64,000 nucleotides of DNA from the human T2T-CHM13v2.0 reference genome, Homo sapiens, in assembly GCF_009914755.1 (NCBI RefSeq), contig NC_060944.1; one strand, given 5' to 3'. The notes beneath the pieces were generated by a model. It was not told where the DNA came from. It did no database searches and saw only the letters and a program-made list of their open reading frames with translations. Numbering within the stretch: the stretch's first letter is position 1; each line of letters begins with the position of its first letter. Positions 29,508 through 44,769 of this stretch are shown piece by piece. Made by a program: the position numbers and the translations under genes.

Positions 29508-30380
29508 GCACTCTGATATGGCGACTTTCTTCAGAAATGCTGATATCCAGTGAGTAGGACTAGAATTCACCACTGTCATCTCCAGTCTGCAGTTTCAAAG
29601 GAAGCCACATGGGGCTGGGTAAGAGGGGAGGGCCACAGCTGGATCAATCATTGTATAGATGTGGATACTGTGATCGGTATCTTTATCTGGGCATTTTTTT
29701 CTATTAAAATTTTTTTAAAGTAGTGTATTTATTCTAGGAAATTCAGGTGTAGTTTTCTGTCCTTTCTCTATGCATGCATTAGATAAATCTACCTATCCAC
29801 AGGTTTTTATCACTGAATCACAGTGCAGTTTTAAAATTTTCACATCAATGCACACATTTCTGCAGCATCATGTTTACGGGCTGCACAGCCCCTCCATTGT
29901 GTGGTTGTGTCGTATTTTTTCACTGGTCCCATCATTTCATCATGGTGATTAAGAGAAGATCATAAATGCCTGAGTTCAAGCCCTGGCCCTTCCGCTTACT
30001 CACTGTGGAACCTTGAGCAAGTCATTTAATTTCTTTGTGTCACAGTTATACCACCTCTAAAAACGTGATAGCAATAGTATCTACCTCAGGGTTTTTTTTT
30101 TTTTTTTTTTGAGAATGGGAAGACTTAAAATATGCAAAGAGTTTAGAAAAGGGCCGGCTCATGATCCCCTAAGCTCTGGCCCCAGATGCTCCTTTCTTCC
30201 CTCTCTGTCTTCCTTCTGTAGGTGCTGGTCTATGCCTGAGACCCCAGTGACCACTGCTGCCTCTCTGACTCCCAAAAAGTCACTTCCAGTTGTTCTCCCT
30301 TATCTGAGTTTCAGATCCATGTATTCAACTGCATATTTTGTTTTTCCCTCTGGTTGCCTCTACTTTATTAACTCTTCCTT

Positions 30381-30525
30381 TCACCCATCTACCCATCCAC
30401 CCACCCATCCACCACCCACCATCCACCCACCCCTTCACCCTTCTACTCACTCACCCACCCATCCACTCATTCATGCACCTGCCTATCGCCCCATCTGCCC
30501 GTCCATCTGCCCATTCATCCATTCA
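30381..30525. repeat. Degenerate (CCAT/CCAC)n microsatellite
   Basis: tcacccatctacccatccacccacccatcc... Confidence 0.85.
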
Positions 30526-30870
30526 CCAGATTACCACCATGCTCTACAGCCTCTCATTGGAAGAAGTTGTACGCCAACATTCCTTGAATAGATTACAAGA
30601 GCCCAAATGATCAGCTCCCAATACTTCCTGACTTCATCTCTTGCTACTCTTCTCCCTCACTTGCTTAGTTTCAGCCACACCAGCTTCCTTGAGGATCCTC
30701 AACCACTGTCAGGCACACAACTGCCACAGGGGCTTTGTTCTTGCCTTTTCCTTGTTTCCTTGCCTGGAATATTTTGCCTAAATTATCCACATAATCACCT
30801 GCTCTCTTCCTATAATGCTTTGCTCAAATGTCAAGTTCTCATAGAAGCTTTCCTGACACCCTTCCCCACT

Positions 30871-31283
<413 letters not shown>

Positions 31284-32144
31284 TGACCTCTCTTTTTAAA
31301 ATTGCAAAGTACTCCCCGCAAACTATATCTCCATCTCTTCCCTTATTGTTCTTCATAAACCCAAACACAATCTGACATGTTGTGTATGTTACTTATCTAT
31401 CCTGTTCCTACTCTGTCTGCCCTGCTAGAAGGCAAGCCTCATAAGGGCCAGGAGTTTTGCTCTTTTTAAAAACTACTGTATTTCTGGCACCGGGAACAAT
31501 ATCTGTCATATAGTAGCCACTCAATGAAAGAAAGAATGAATGAATTCAGGCAAGAAATGGTACCTTAGAGTAAGTTTATGAAATTGAAAAATGAATAAAT
31601 TTCAGAGATATCGAAAGAAAAGTTTCCCATTATTGTTTCTTATATCCAATAAACTTTTTCTTTGTGCCTTCCATATTTATGTTTACAAATCCCCCAATAT
31701 TATGTAAAATTCATTTATTTCCTTCCAGGACTTACATGTTTTCTACACTTAATTTACCAACACATCCGGAGTGTATTTTGATGTACAAATGAGATACGGA
31801 TCAGATTTAATATTTTTATCTAGATCATTAAGCACCTTCAAAATGATCTGAATACCATTTATTGAATAATCCATCTTCCTCCAAATAATGGAAATGCAAC
31901 CTTTATCACATTGCAAAGTTTTATATCTGCAGGTCTTTTTCTGAATTTTCTATTGAGTTTTCTTGCTTTGTTTCCAATCAGCCTGACACTTCAGTTATTA
32001 CAATTCCGTGTGTGAGAATACCTGGTATAGCTAAATCCATAATTTCTTTTCTTTTCTAAAAAGGATTTTTTTATGACTTAAGTTTTCAAATTCACTATAG
32101 ACCATTTCCCTCATGATAATTTACTGGAATTTCACATTTTATAG

Positions 32145-32630
<486 letters not shown>

Positions 32631-34352
32631 ACATGCTAATTGTGTAGCCCATTGGAATTCTGGCCACAATTACAAGCTCCAAAACTTCTTGTAGATTCTC
32701 TTGGGTTTTCCTAGTAGGTCATCTGCTAATACTCTGTTCAAATTCCTGCACCTCTCACTCTCTGCCTGAGCATCTGGGTACTGACCATGTGCTGCCCTGT
32801 GACACTTTTCCCATCACTATCCTGAATGTCACTTGGTGCCACTCTTTCTGTTCAGCAAGTTACATGTTTGTGTCTTGGATCTACATCTTGATTTTAAGGT
32901 TCTGTACATCCGGCCCAGAGCTGCCCACACTGCAGCCACCTAATCAATAAGTGTTGATTTATCTGATTAAAGAGCAAGACTAGAGGTAAGAAATCCATGA
33001 GCTGAGTTCTTCCTCTCATGTACTGAGAGCGTTCTGAGTCCGGATGTGTCACAGGCGATTTTTCAAATAGTAGGCAAAATTTGGAATCTGGCTAAGGGTT
33101 CAGTCCTTAGGAACAGCAAGCCTTGTGTAATACTCATGGTGCTCCAGGTATTGGTCTATGGACTTTATGTATATTAACTCATTTAATCCTCAGAGCAATC
33201 TGATGGAATCGGTGCCATTATTGTACCCGTTTTTCATGTGAAGCTTTTAAACACAGAGAAGTTAAATCACTTGTCCTAGGTGACACAGGTACAAAAAGAC
33301 AGCCAGGATTCCAACCGAGGCAGTGTGTCTCCAGAATTCGTGTTCCTAACCATCACACCTACTGTCTCTTGGAGGGATACATGTACAGGTTTTCATGTTG
33401 GTCTCATCAGTACAACCTGTTAGGCAACCTCCTGACTTTGACCTTTTGGGTGCCAGGCAGTTTTCAGTCCAACCCAACATACCTCTTCAGTCTATTCTAG
33501 TCCCCGTTTTATTCTCTCTCTCCACAAACAGCCTAGCCTGCCTGACCTGGAAACAAAGACTTTCTCCTATTTTTCAGGGCCCCATTTCTAAGGCACCAGC
33601 TGGAGCTATTGTGTAATTAGAGCAGAAGTTTACCCTACCCCCACAGAGCTTGGGTCGTTCTGTAAAATCATTATTAAATGACTGCCTTTATAGGGCCCTG
33701 GGCAGAAGTAAGAATTACAGGGCTCTTGATAATAGGGAACGGGATGCCAAGCAGCATGGCCTGGCTGCATGTGCAGCACTTGGTTTCACCACCAGCTGAT
33801 CAACAGGTTGCCAGTGACCTTCCTGGTGATGTGATTGATCACAGAGGTGGTGGGTCTTGTGGGGAATGCCAGCTGAGATTCCCAGCTGGACTGGTTTGTC
33901 TAATGGTTCTGATTTCCTGTTGTAGAAAACAGGAGCTAATCAAAGGCTTGGCTGTTGATGCTTCCAATTAAGCAGCTTGAAGCACCGGGGAGCATCCCAT
34001 GTCTCACTCCACCTGCATCAGGGTCTGTCAACCTGGTGATAATCCATGTATATCCAGGTCTTCACCCTAATGCAGATAAACACTGATCTGTGGGCAGCAT
34101 CCACTTTATCAACCTGGCTCAGTCAATCCTGAAGACCCTCTTCTATTCTAGAACAATGGAGCAGGACAGGATATTGGAGATCAAGTTCTTTAATCCATAT
34201 TTTTACTGACAAGCAAAAGGTTGGACCAAATAGGCAGGGATGAAGGTAGATGGAGGGGTATAGAGCCAAACTGGCTTTCTGCAATAGGAAATTGGAATAT
34301 GTAATGCCCAGAGCTGCCCTCCCCAGTCTTTTCCTAAAAACATTGGTATTTT

Positions 34353-34405
34353 CCTTTTTTTTTTTTTTTTCCTGAGATGGCGTTTCGCTCTTGTTGCCCA
34401 GGCTG
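34353..34405 (-). mobile_element. Alu 3' tail fragment (~50 bp), abruptly truncated
   Basis: T-tract then gagatggcgtttcgctcttgttgcccaggctg, followed by non-Alu sequence. Confidence 0.8.
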
Positions 34406-34648
34406 CTTCAACAAAAGGTTCAAGAGGTGGAGGGCTAGTCCCAAGACCACACAGGAAGCCCATCTGAGAAGATCTGATCCTCTCTTCCTGGGGGATCTTC
34501 TCCAAGATAAAGGCTTTAAACATCTCTATGCGCACAGCTCCCACATTTGTATCTCTGGCCTGAAATTCCCCTGGATTCAGAACTCATGCACTCAGCTGTC
34601 CAGACATATCAAGACTTAATCTGTTCAAAATGAAACTCTTTATTCCTG

Positions 34649-35017
34649 TGCTACAATCTGAATGATTATGCACTCCCCTCCCCCAAATTTATATGTTGCA
34701 ATTTGAACTCCCAAGGTGACGGTATAGAAGGTGGGCCTTTGGGAGGTGAATAGGACTTAGGGGTAGAGCCTCGTGAATAGGACTAATGCCCTTATAAAAG
34801 AAACCTCAAGGGAGTTCATTCACCCCCTTCTACCAGGCGAGGATACAGGGATAAGGTGCTAACTGAACCAGGAAGCAGGCCCCCGTCATCCACTGAATCT
34901 GATGACACTTTGATCTTGGACTTCCCAGCCTCCAGGATTGTGAGGAAGAAATTTCTGTTGTTGACAAGCTTCCCAGCCTATGGAATTTTGTTATAGAAGC
35001 CTGATCAGACTGAGACA
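34649..35017 (+). mobile_element. MLT1A/A0-like LTR inside an L2
   Basis: tgctacaatctgaatg...gcctttgggaggtga...gcccttataaaaga...gactgagaca; flanks tcctg/tcctc. Confidence 0.8.
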
Positions 35018-35550
35018 TCCTCTGTCTAAACCTACTTCTTCTGCAGCCTTTCCCATCTCGGCCCAAGCAAGTCCATTCTTCCAGGTGCTCAGGACCAAAC
35101 CCTGGGCACCATCTTTCTCTTCTTCCTTTCTCTTATATGCCACATCCAGTCCACCTGGAAATTGTGTAGGCTTTATCTTCAGAATATATCCTGAGTCCAG
35201 TCACTTCTCACCACCTCCACTGCTCCCACTTTGGTCCAAGCTACTATTAGCTCTCATCCAGTTTTTGCAACAACCCCCTCACTGGTCTCTCACCTCCTGT
35301 CCTCCACCTGCCACCCCCATCCTGACCTCTTCGCCTTGTCAGAACATTCTGTGTGATACATTGATACACAGAGCAGACTCATGATTCATCTGCTTATAAT
35401 GTTCCGCTGATTTCACATCTCATTCTGAAGGAAAGGTGATGGGGGAGAGGAAGAGAGCAATGGGCAAGAGTTCAGAGAACTGGCTCCCATGCCACCCTCA
35501 TCCCTGACTCTGGAAAAGTGGGCATCTATCTCCATGACCCAGTTTCCTCT

Positions 35551-35904
35551 TCATATGGTTTGACTCTGTGTCCCCATCCAAATCTTATCTTGCGTTGTAA
35601 TCACCACATGTCAAGGGAGGGCCCTGGTGGGAGGTGATTGGATCATGGGGGCCATTTCCCCATGCTGTTTTCGTGATAGTGAGTGAGTGCTTACGAGATC
35701 TGATGGTTTAAAAGTGTGGCACCTCCCCTCTTGCTCTGTCTCTCCTGTGGCCATGTAGAGTGTGCCATGGCCTTCTGCCATGATTGTAAGTTTCCTGAGG
35801 CCTCTCAAGCCATGTGGAATTGTGAGTCAATTAAACCTCTTTTGTTTATAAATTACCCAGTCTCAGGTAGTATCTTTACAGCAGTGTGAAAACAGAGTAA
35901 CACA
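35551..35904 (+). mobile_element. THE1D/MSTA-type solo LTR
   Basis: atatggtttgactctgtgtcccc...aaacagagtaacaca; TSD CCTCT at 35546-35550 and 35905-35909. Confidence 0.9.
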
Positions 35905-36275
35905 CCTCTCATCTAAGATCCCCTCTTGTTTTAAGTTGTTAGATGTGTATATTTTAAGAGGTGGAGGAGTCAGCAGTCTGTGTATCCCCAAAACTCTCCT
36001 GCACCCCTCTCTGACTCTGCTTGGACCTGTCCTTCCTGATCCACTCTCCAGGGCTCCTGGCCCCTTTGCCCTCATCCCCTCCTCCTCCGGCTTCACAAAG
36101 ATCCATCATTCCTTGCAGGCCTCTGCTGATTCACAAGCTCCCAGAGACTGTGGCAACAGCTGCCTTTGAAATATTGAAAATGAAAAAAAAAAAAAAAAGC
36201 TTTTCAAAAAGTAAACAAATGCACAGGAGAGTGGGAAGGAGTTCTCCAGCGGGAAGTGGTTGGTGACTATATTGA

Positions 36276-36935
<660 letters not shown>

Positions 36936-37391
36936 ATGAATTTATTTTCTAACCAGGCTATGCAAGTGCAAAAACCAAGCCAGGCAATGAGTTCACAACA
37001 TCCTAAAAGTAATATCTGACTATGTGGAAAAGGATTAAAGTCTACATTTACTCAGGATTCTCCAAAACAGATCTGAGGCAGATCTCCAAACCATTACCTC
37101 TGGATCCCTCCCACCTGCTATCTACTTAAGTTCTAGCCTCTCTCTCAAGCCCCAGACTTTATTTGCTGTCCATTTAAACCTGGAAGATTCAAACAAAATT
37201 ACCTTTTCTTTCCCATCCCCGATACAGCGTCTCCCCAGACTTTCCTATTTCCATGCAGACCCCACTATCCTGTGAGTTGTCCAGGTTCAAAGACATTCCT
37301 GTCATCTGTGGCTCCCTGGGGGTTGATTAGGATGTTTTGGGCAACTGGGAACAGCACCTCCTACCATCAGCAGTCAGAAAATACCAATGCT

Positions 37392-37806
<415 letters not shown>

Positions 37807-37893
37807 CTACCTTTTATCCAGTTATGGTTATATCCCCTATCAGTGATGTAACTTCAGCCAAGATAGAAATTTATCTCACAAAAAGCAAGACTG

Positions 37894-38211
<318 letters not shown>

Positions 38212-38399
38212 TCAGTCTAGGGTGGCGTTAGGGACTTTCATTTCCTTCCAGAGGACATTCTGCTATCCGCAGGGTAGAAGCCTAATCCTCAAGGTTCAAG
38301 GTGACAAGAATAGCTCCAACCATCATATGCTTATTCCAGGAAGCAGGTCAAAGGATGAACAACTAAGAAATGACACTAAAGATATATGTCAGCCCATCT

Positions 38400-38793
38400 G
38401 CATTGCCTAAAGGAATAACTGAGGCTGAGTAATTTATAGAAGAGAGGTTTAATTGGCTCACAGTTCTGCAGGCTGTACAAGCATGACACCACCATCAACT
38501 CCTGAGGAGGCCTCGGGAAGCTTCCAATCATGGCAGAAGGTGAAAGGAAGCAGGTACATCACATGGCGAGAGAAAGAGCAAGAGAGGGAGGAGGACATGC
38601 CAGGCCCTTTAAACAACCAGATCTCCCATAAACTCAGAGCAAGAACTCTGTCATTGCCACTGGGACAGCACCAACCCATTGTGAGAGGGATCTGCCCACA
38701 TCACCAAAACACCTCCCACCAGGCCCCACCTCCAGCATCAGGGATCACATTTCAACATGAGATTTGGAGGGGACCAACATCCAAACCATATCA
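38400..38793 (-). mobile_element. MaLR LTR (MSTB-like)
   Basis: gagtaatttata...ggctcacagttctgcaggctgtacaag...gagatttggaggggaccaacatccaaaccatatca. Confidence 0.85.
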
Positions 38794-39684
38794 AGACAGA
38801 AGTTACAGAAAGGGGTTTCCAAAAATGCCACCCAATACTTTTATTACCTCCCATTGGCCAGAACCTGGTCACATGGCCACAACTCATGGCAAGGAAGCCT
38901 GGGAAAATGTAGCCTGTGCCCACTCACTAGGAGAGGGGAGCACTGGTGCCAGGGTGCAGGAACACCAGTGGGCATTCATACTTCCTACTTCGTCTTATAA
39001 AAATCCTTAGAGATTCATCTTTGTGTATTTTTCTGACTATTTCCTAGGGATAAATGCCTATAAATGAATTTGGGACCAAAAGTTATGCACTTTCATTGGC
39101 CAATTGCCAATTGCCCTCTAGAAAGCTTGTACTAATTAACTCACACAAGAGGTGGGGTTCTATTTCATGAAATGTTTCTCCACCCCATATTTCCTTTTAA
39201 TCCACACCCTTTGGTCTTTATTAGGCTTACACATCTCTTCAGAATCCCTGCTTCCTACATTATAATCTTGGGATTTAATACATGTTTTTCATTCAGGTTA
39301 TTATCAATATCAGATTTATCTGACTATGCATGAACACAGCCACAGATTCAGGGAAAAAGATGTATCTTTCAGCGCTGAAGAGAATAAAAATTAATAATCC
39401 TCAGAGACTTTCAAACTGAAGTGGGCAGGGAAGGGTGGAAAGAACCGATCTCATTCTATGAAGAGCATGCAGGGATTTTCACAGAGCATGTAGTGCTGAG
39501 TACAGCACACCAGGCACCCGGGGACACCCAGAGAGCAGCCTTTCCTCAACACAAGAGGAGTGAGCACCGCACAGAGCTGCAGAAAGGGAATCCCAGATGG
39601 GGTAACAGCAGATACAAAGACCCCACGGCAGGCCCTGGCCTGGCCTGCTGGAGGAGCAGAACGGAAGCCAGTGGGTCTGGAGTA

Positions 39685-39795
39685 AAGGGGACCAACTTGT
39701 CCCGGTTTGCCCAGAACTTTCCTGGTTTTAACACTAGAAATCCCATGTCCCAGGAAACTTCTGAGTCTCAGCCAAGCTGGGATGATTTGCCTAGA
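39685..39795. mobile_element. hAT-Blackjack MITE (MER81-like)
   Basis: gggaccaacttgtcccggtttgcccagaactttcctggttttaacact. Confidence 0.6.
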
Positions 39796-40855
39796 ACTTC
39801 CCCTATTATAAAACTGAGAGGTCTGTGCCCCATCATCCGCCTCAGTCCTAAGCAAGCTGAGGCAGTGGGTCGCCCTAGACTGGAGCAACGTGCATGATGG
39901 TGGGAAGAGCCAGTGACTCTCTTTCATGTCCTCTCTGCCCTCGATCTCAGGAGTCACCCAGGTGGGCACTGGCATCCAGGATGAAAACTTCCCAGCACCC
40001 CAGCAGTGGCCACGTGACCAGGCAGTGGCCAATGCACATGAGGCCAGTGCACAGCAACTGCCATTAGAGGAAGGAAGATTTGTGTCCTCTTGTTCTCTTC
40101 TCCCCTCCCTGCTGGCTGGTAGTAGATAGGATGGACACTGTGGGGGAAGCTACACCCTAAAGAAGTCAAAGCAGCAAGATGGAAGTACCCTAAGACCCTG
40201 AAAAATGCACAGAGAAGAATCACCCGACTGGCTTGAACTTTCATGTGAAAGGAATGAACCTCTGTCTTAGTAAAGCCACCGTGATTCAGGGTCCTTGTGA
40301 TAGTCACTGAGGCTGTAACATAATTGTTGAAAGAACAGGAGCGGGAGGGGAGATGGAGTCGGAGAGGCAGGCAGAGGTCAGATCACATGGGGCCTGTAGG
40401 CCAAGGCGGAGGAAGAAACAGGTGACATAGGACTCAAGGACCCCACCTGCTCCCAGGCGAAGGGAGTTTGCTGTGGGTGCCCCTCCCTGTCTGTGTGTCC
40501 AGTGTATTCATATTCTTCATACCTTGCCCATATTGGACAAATACTTTTTTCTATTCAATATTTAGAAGACATTGCATTAAATAGCAAGATGGCAGGTGAA
40601 CATCAGGAAGGAACATTAGGAACATCCACGGCGTTCCATCCAGGAACCTTCACCGTGGAAACTCTTGTGCTCATGGGCGTGGTCTCAAGACACAGTCAGC
40701 TGTTGGGGATCAGAGGCGACACTCATCGTAGCAGAGAGGCAGGACCAACTGGGAGAGGGTCCTTCTGTGACAACTATTGCATCACCGGGCTGTGTGAAGT
40801 GACTCAGCTGCCAGAACTCACACAATATCATTCTACACCAAACCTCACGGGAAAA

Positions 40856-40864
40856 ATGGTAAGT
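40856..40864 (+). other. Consensus 5' splice donor ATG|GTAAGT (exon end at 40858)
   Basis: Perfect GTAAGT intronic hexamer in apparently unique sequence; use not demonstrated. Confidence 0.35.
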
Positions 40865-41259
40865 TTAAAGTTTCTTCATTAATAGCAACTCTCAGATTAA
40901 TCTCTGTCCTCCATCGCTTCTCCATGAAACAACTTTTTATAGCTTTGGTTGGGTCTATTTTTCCATTTATTTTTTATTTTACTAACTGATTTAAAGATAT
41001 ATATTTTGTGTGTGTGATTTTGTCTCTGTCAGCCAGGATAATCATGTTTTAATTCCTATTATTATTATTACCAACATCCTTTAGTTTTTTTAGCTTTTCA
41101 ATTCCTAAGGGTATTAATCAGGATCTTTCTGTCTCGTGAGATGGAAAACAAATCCAAACTGTGTAAGAGGAAAAAGAATGCACTGATCACTAGCATTGAG
41201 AAGTTCCCAAGCTTAGCTTGCTTGGGGTACAGCTACGTCTACCATTTCCAGGGTCATCC

Positions 41260-41304
41260 TGTAACTCTCTCTCTCTACTTCCCCAACTTTGGCTCCATGT
41301 TTAG
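41260..41304 (+). other. Candidate 3' splice site at the start of the array
   Basis: tgtaac branch-like motif, ctctctctctctacttcccc pyrimidine tract, first downstream AG at 41303-41304. Confidence 0.35.
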
Positions 41305-42263
41305 CTCCACGACCCTCAGACTTAAACAGCAGCACTGGCTCCTCCCCAGATCTCCAGCTCCCTGACCCTCAAACTCCAACTCCAACACCAGCTCTGCCCC
41401 AGGTCTCCAGCTCCACAATCCTCAAACTACAACAGCAGCACCAGCTCCCCTGGGGATCTCCAGCTCAATGACTCTCAGACTTGGGAGGCAGCTCCAGCTC
41501 CCACCAAGCCTCCAGCTCCACAACCTTCAAACTAGAACAGCAGCACCAGCTACTCCCTGGGTCTCCAGCTCCCTCAAAATTCAACTATAGCACTGGCTGT
41601 TCCCCAGCGCCACCAGCTCCACAACCCTCAACTTACACGGTGGTAGCACCAGCTCCTCCCTAGGTCTCCAGCTACACGACCGTCAAACTTGAACTGCAAC
41701 ACCAGCTCCTCTTCGGCCTCCAGCTCCACAATCCTCCAACAACAACAGCAACACCGGCTCCTCCCTGAATCTCCAGCTCAACAACCCTCAGACTTGAGAG
41801 GCAGCACCGGCACCTCCCCAAGGCTCCAGCTCCATGACCCTCAGATTTGAACAGCGGTAGCACCAGCTCCTGTCCAGGTCTCCAGCTTCACGATCCTTAA
41901 ACTAGAACAGCAGCACCACCACCTCCCTAGGTTTCCAGCTCCACGACCCTAAGACATGAATGGCAGGACCGGGTTCCCCCCTAGGGCTCCAGCTCCAAGA
42001 CCCACAGATATAAACGGCAGCACCGGCTCTTCCTGGGATCTCCAGCTCCACAGCCTTCAAACACGATCAGCAGCACCAGCTCCCCTCTGGTTCTCCAGCT
42101 CCACAATCCTCAGACATGAACAGCAGCACAGGCTCCTCCTTGGGTCTCCAGCTTCTCTACCCTCAGACTAGAACAGCAACACTTGTTCCTCCCTGGGTCT
42201 CCAGCTCTTACAAGTCTCAGACTTGAAAGGCAGCACTGGCTCCTCAGAAAGTTTCTGGCTCCA

Positions 42264-42320
42264 AGCTGGTGCTGCTGTCCTAGTTTGAAGGTCATGGAGC
42301 TGGAGACCCGGGGAGGAACC
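42264..42320 (-). repeat. Inverted monomer inside the array
   Basis: agctggtgctgctgtcctagtttgaaggtcatggagctggagacccggggaggaacc is the reverse complement of the unit. Confidence 0.95.
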
Positions 42321-42984
42321 ATTTGAACAGCAGCACTGGCCCCTCCCCGGGTCTCAGGCTCCACGACCCTCAGACTTAAAAAGCCGTAGTACGGGCTTCT
42401 CCCTGGGTCTCCATCTCTACAACCCTCAGACATGAACAGCAGCAGCACCGCCCCCTCCCCCTGTCTCCAGTTCCACGAACCTCAAACTACAACAGCAGTA
42501 CCGGCCTCTCCCCAGGTCTCCAGATCCACGACCCTCAAAATAGAATGGCATCACCGGCTCCTCCCTGGGTCTCCAGCTCCCAAACTCTCAAACTTCAATT
42601 GACACACCGGACCCTCCCCACAGTTAAACAGCAGCACGGGCTGTTCCCCAAAGCTCCAGATCCACGACCCTCTGACTTAAAGGGCGATAGCACCAACTCC
42701 TCCCTAAGTCTCCAGTTCCACGACCCTCAAACTACACAGCAGCACCGGCTCCTCCTTGGGTCTCCAGCTTCACTACACTCAGACTAGAATAGCAACACCG
42801 GTTCCTCCCTGGAACTCCAGCTCAATGACTCTCAGACTTGAAAGGCAGCACCAGCTCCTCAAAAAGGTTCTGGCTCCAAGACCCTCGAACTAGAATAGCA
42901 GCAGCTGCTGCATCTTGGGTCTCCAGCTCCACAACCCTCAAAGTAGAAAAGCAGCCCTGGCTCCTCCCCGAGTCTCCAACTCCT

Positions 42985-43239
42985 CAAGTCTGAGGGTTGT
43001 AGAGCTGGAGACCCGGGGAGGAGTCAGTGCTGCTGTTCTAGTTTGAGGGTCATGGATCTGGAGACCCAGGGTGGAGCCGGTGCTGCTGTTCTAGTGTGAG
43101 GGTCATGGAGCTGGAAGACCCCGGGAGGAGCTGCTGCTGCTGTTCTAGTGTGAGGGTCATGGAGCTGGAAGACCCCGGGAGGAGCTGCTGCTGCTGTCCT
43201 AGTTTGAAGGTCATGGAGCTGGAGACCCCGGAATGAGCC
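42985..43239 (-). repeat. Inverted block of ~4.7 monomers inside the array
   Basis: G-rich gagggtcatggagctggagaccc units; includes a perfect 54-bp tandem duplication at ~43081-43188. Confidence 0.95.
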
Positions 43240-44769
43240 ATTTGAACAGCAGCACTGGCCCCTCCCCAGGTCTCAGGCTCCACGACCCTCAGACTTAAAA
43301 AGCCGTAGTACGGGCTTCTCCCTGGGTCTCCAGCTCTACAACCCTCAGACATGAACAGCAGCACCGGCTCCTCCCCCTGTCTCCAGTTCCACGAACCTCA
43401 AACTACAACAGCAGTACCGGCCTCTCCCCAGGTCTCCAGATCCATGACCCTCAAAATAGAATGGCATCATCAGCTCCTCCCTGGGTCTCCAGCTCCCAAA
43501 CCCTCAAACTTCAACTAACACAGCAGATCCTCCCCACAGTTAAACAGCAGCACGGGCTGTTCCCCAAAGCTCCAGATACACGACCCTCAGTAGCACTGGC
43601 TCCTCCCAAGGTCTCCAGTTCCATGACCCTCAAACTACACAGCAGCACCGGCTCCTCCCCAGGTCTATAGCTCCACCACCCTCACACTAGACATCAAGAC
43701 TACCTCCTTCCCGCTCTCCAGCTACACGACCCTCAAACTTGAACAGCAGCAGCAGCTCCTCCCTAGATTTCCAGCTCCATGACCCTAAACCTGCAACAGC
43801 AGCACCAGCTCCTCCCTGTACCTCAAGCCCCATGACCCTCTGACTTGATCAACAGCAACAGCAGCTCCCTCCCTGGTCTCCAGCTCCACAACCTTCAGCC
43901 TTAAACAGCAGCAGCACCAGCTCCTCCCTGGGTCTCCAGCTCCACAACCCTCAGACTAGAACCGCACCCCTCCTCCCTGAGTCTCCAGCTCCATGACCGT
44001 CAAACTACAACAGCAACACAGGTTCCTGTCTGGATCTCCAGCTCAGCAACTCTCAGACGAGGCAGCACCGGCAACTCACCAAGGCTCCAGCTCCACAACC
44101 CTCAGATTTGAATAATGGTAGCACCAGCTCCTGTCCAGATCTCCAGCTTCATGATCCTTAAACTAGAACAGCAGCACCGCTGCCTCCCTGGGTTTCCAGC
44201 TCCACGACCCTAAGACATGAATGGCAGAACCGGCTTCCCACAAGGGTTCCAGCTCCAGGACCCACAGATTTAAATGGCAGCACTGGCTCTTCCCAGGATT
44301 TCCAGCTCCACTACCCTCAAACTAGAAGAGGAGCACCGGCTCCTCCCTGGGTCTCCAGCTCCCAAACCCTCAGACATCACCTGACACACTGGATCCTCCC
44401 CACAGTTACATAGCAGCACGGGCTGTCCCCGAAAACTCGAGATCCACAACCCTCTGACTTCAATGGCGGTAGTACTGGTTCCTCCCTAGGTCTCCAGTTC
44501 CATGACCCTCAAACTACACAGCAGCACCAGCTCCTCCCCAGGTTTACAGCTCCACCACCCTCACACTAGACACCAGGACTACCTCCTCCCCGCTCTCCAG
44601 CTACACGACCCGCAGATTTGAACAGCAGCAGCGTCTCCTCCCTGTACCTCAAGCCCCATAACCCTCATATATGAACAACAGCAATACCAGCTAATGCCTA
44701 GGGCTCCAGCTCCAGGATCCACAGATTTAAACTGCAGCACCAGCTCGTCCAAGGATCTCCAGCTCCACC

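Noticed and set aside
30109-30610. His/Pro-rich ORFs
   Set aside because: Translation of the (CCAT/CCAC)n microsatellite
38453-40032. ORFs of 185, 158 and 193 aa
   Set aside because: They run through MST LTR, L2, MER81 and MLT relics and are chance frames in repeats
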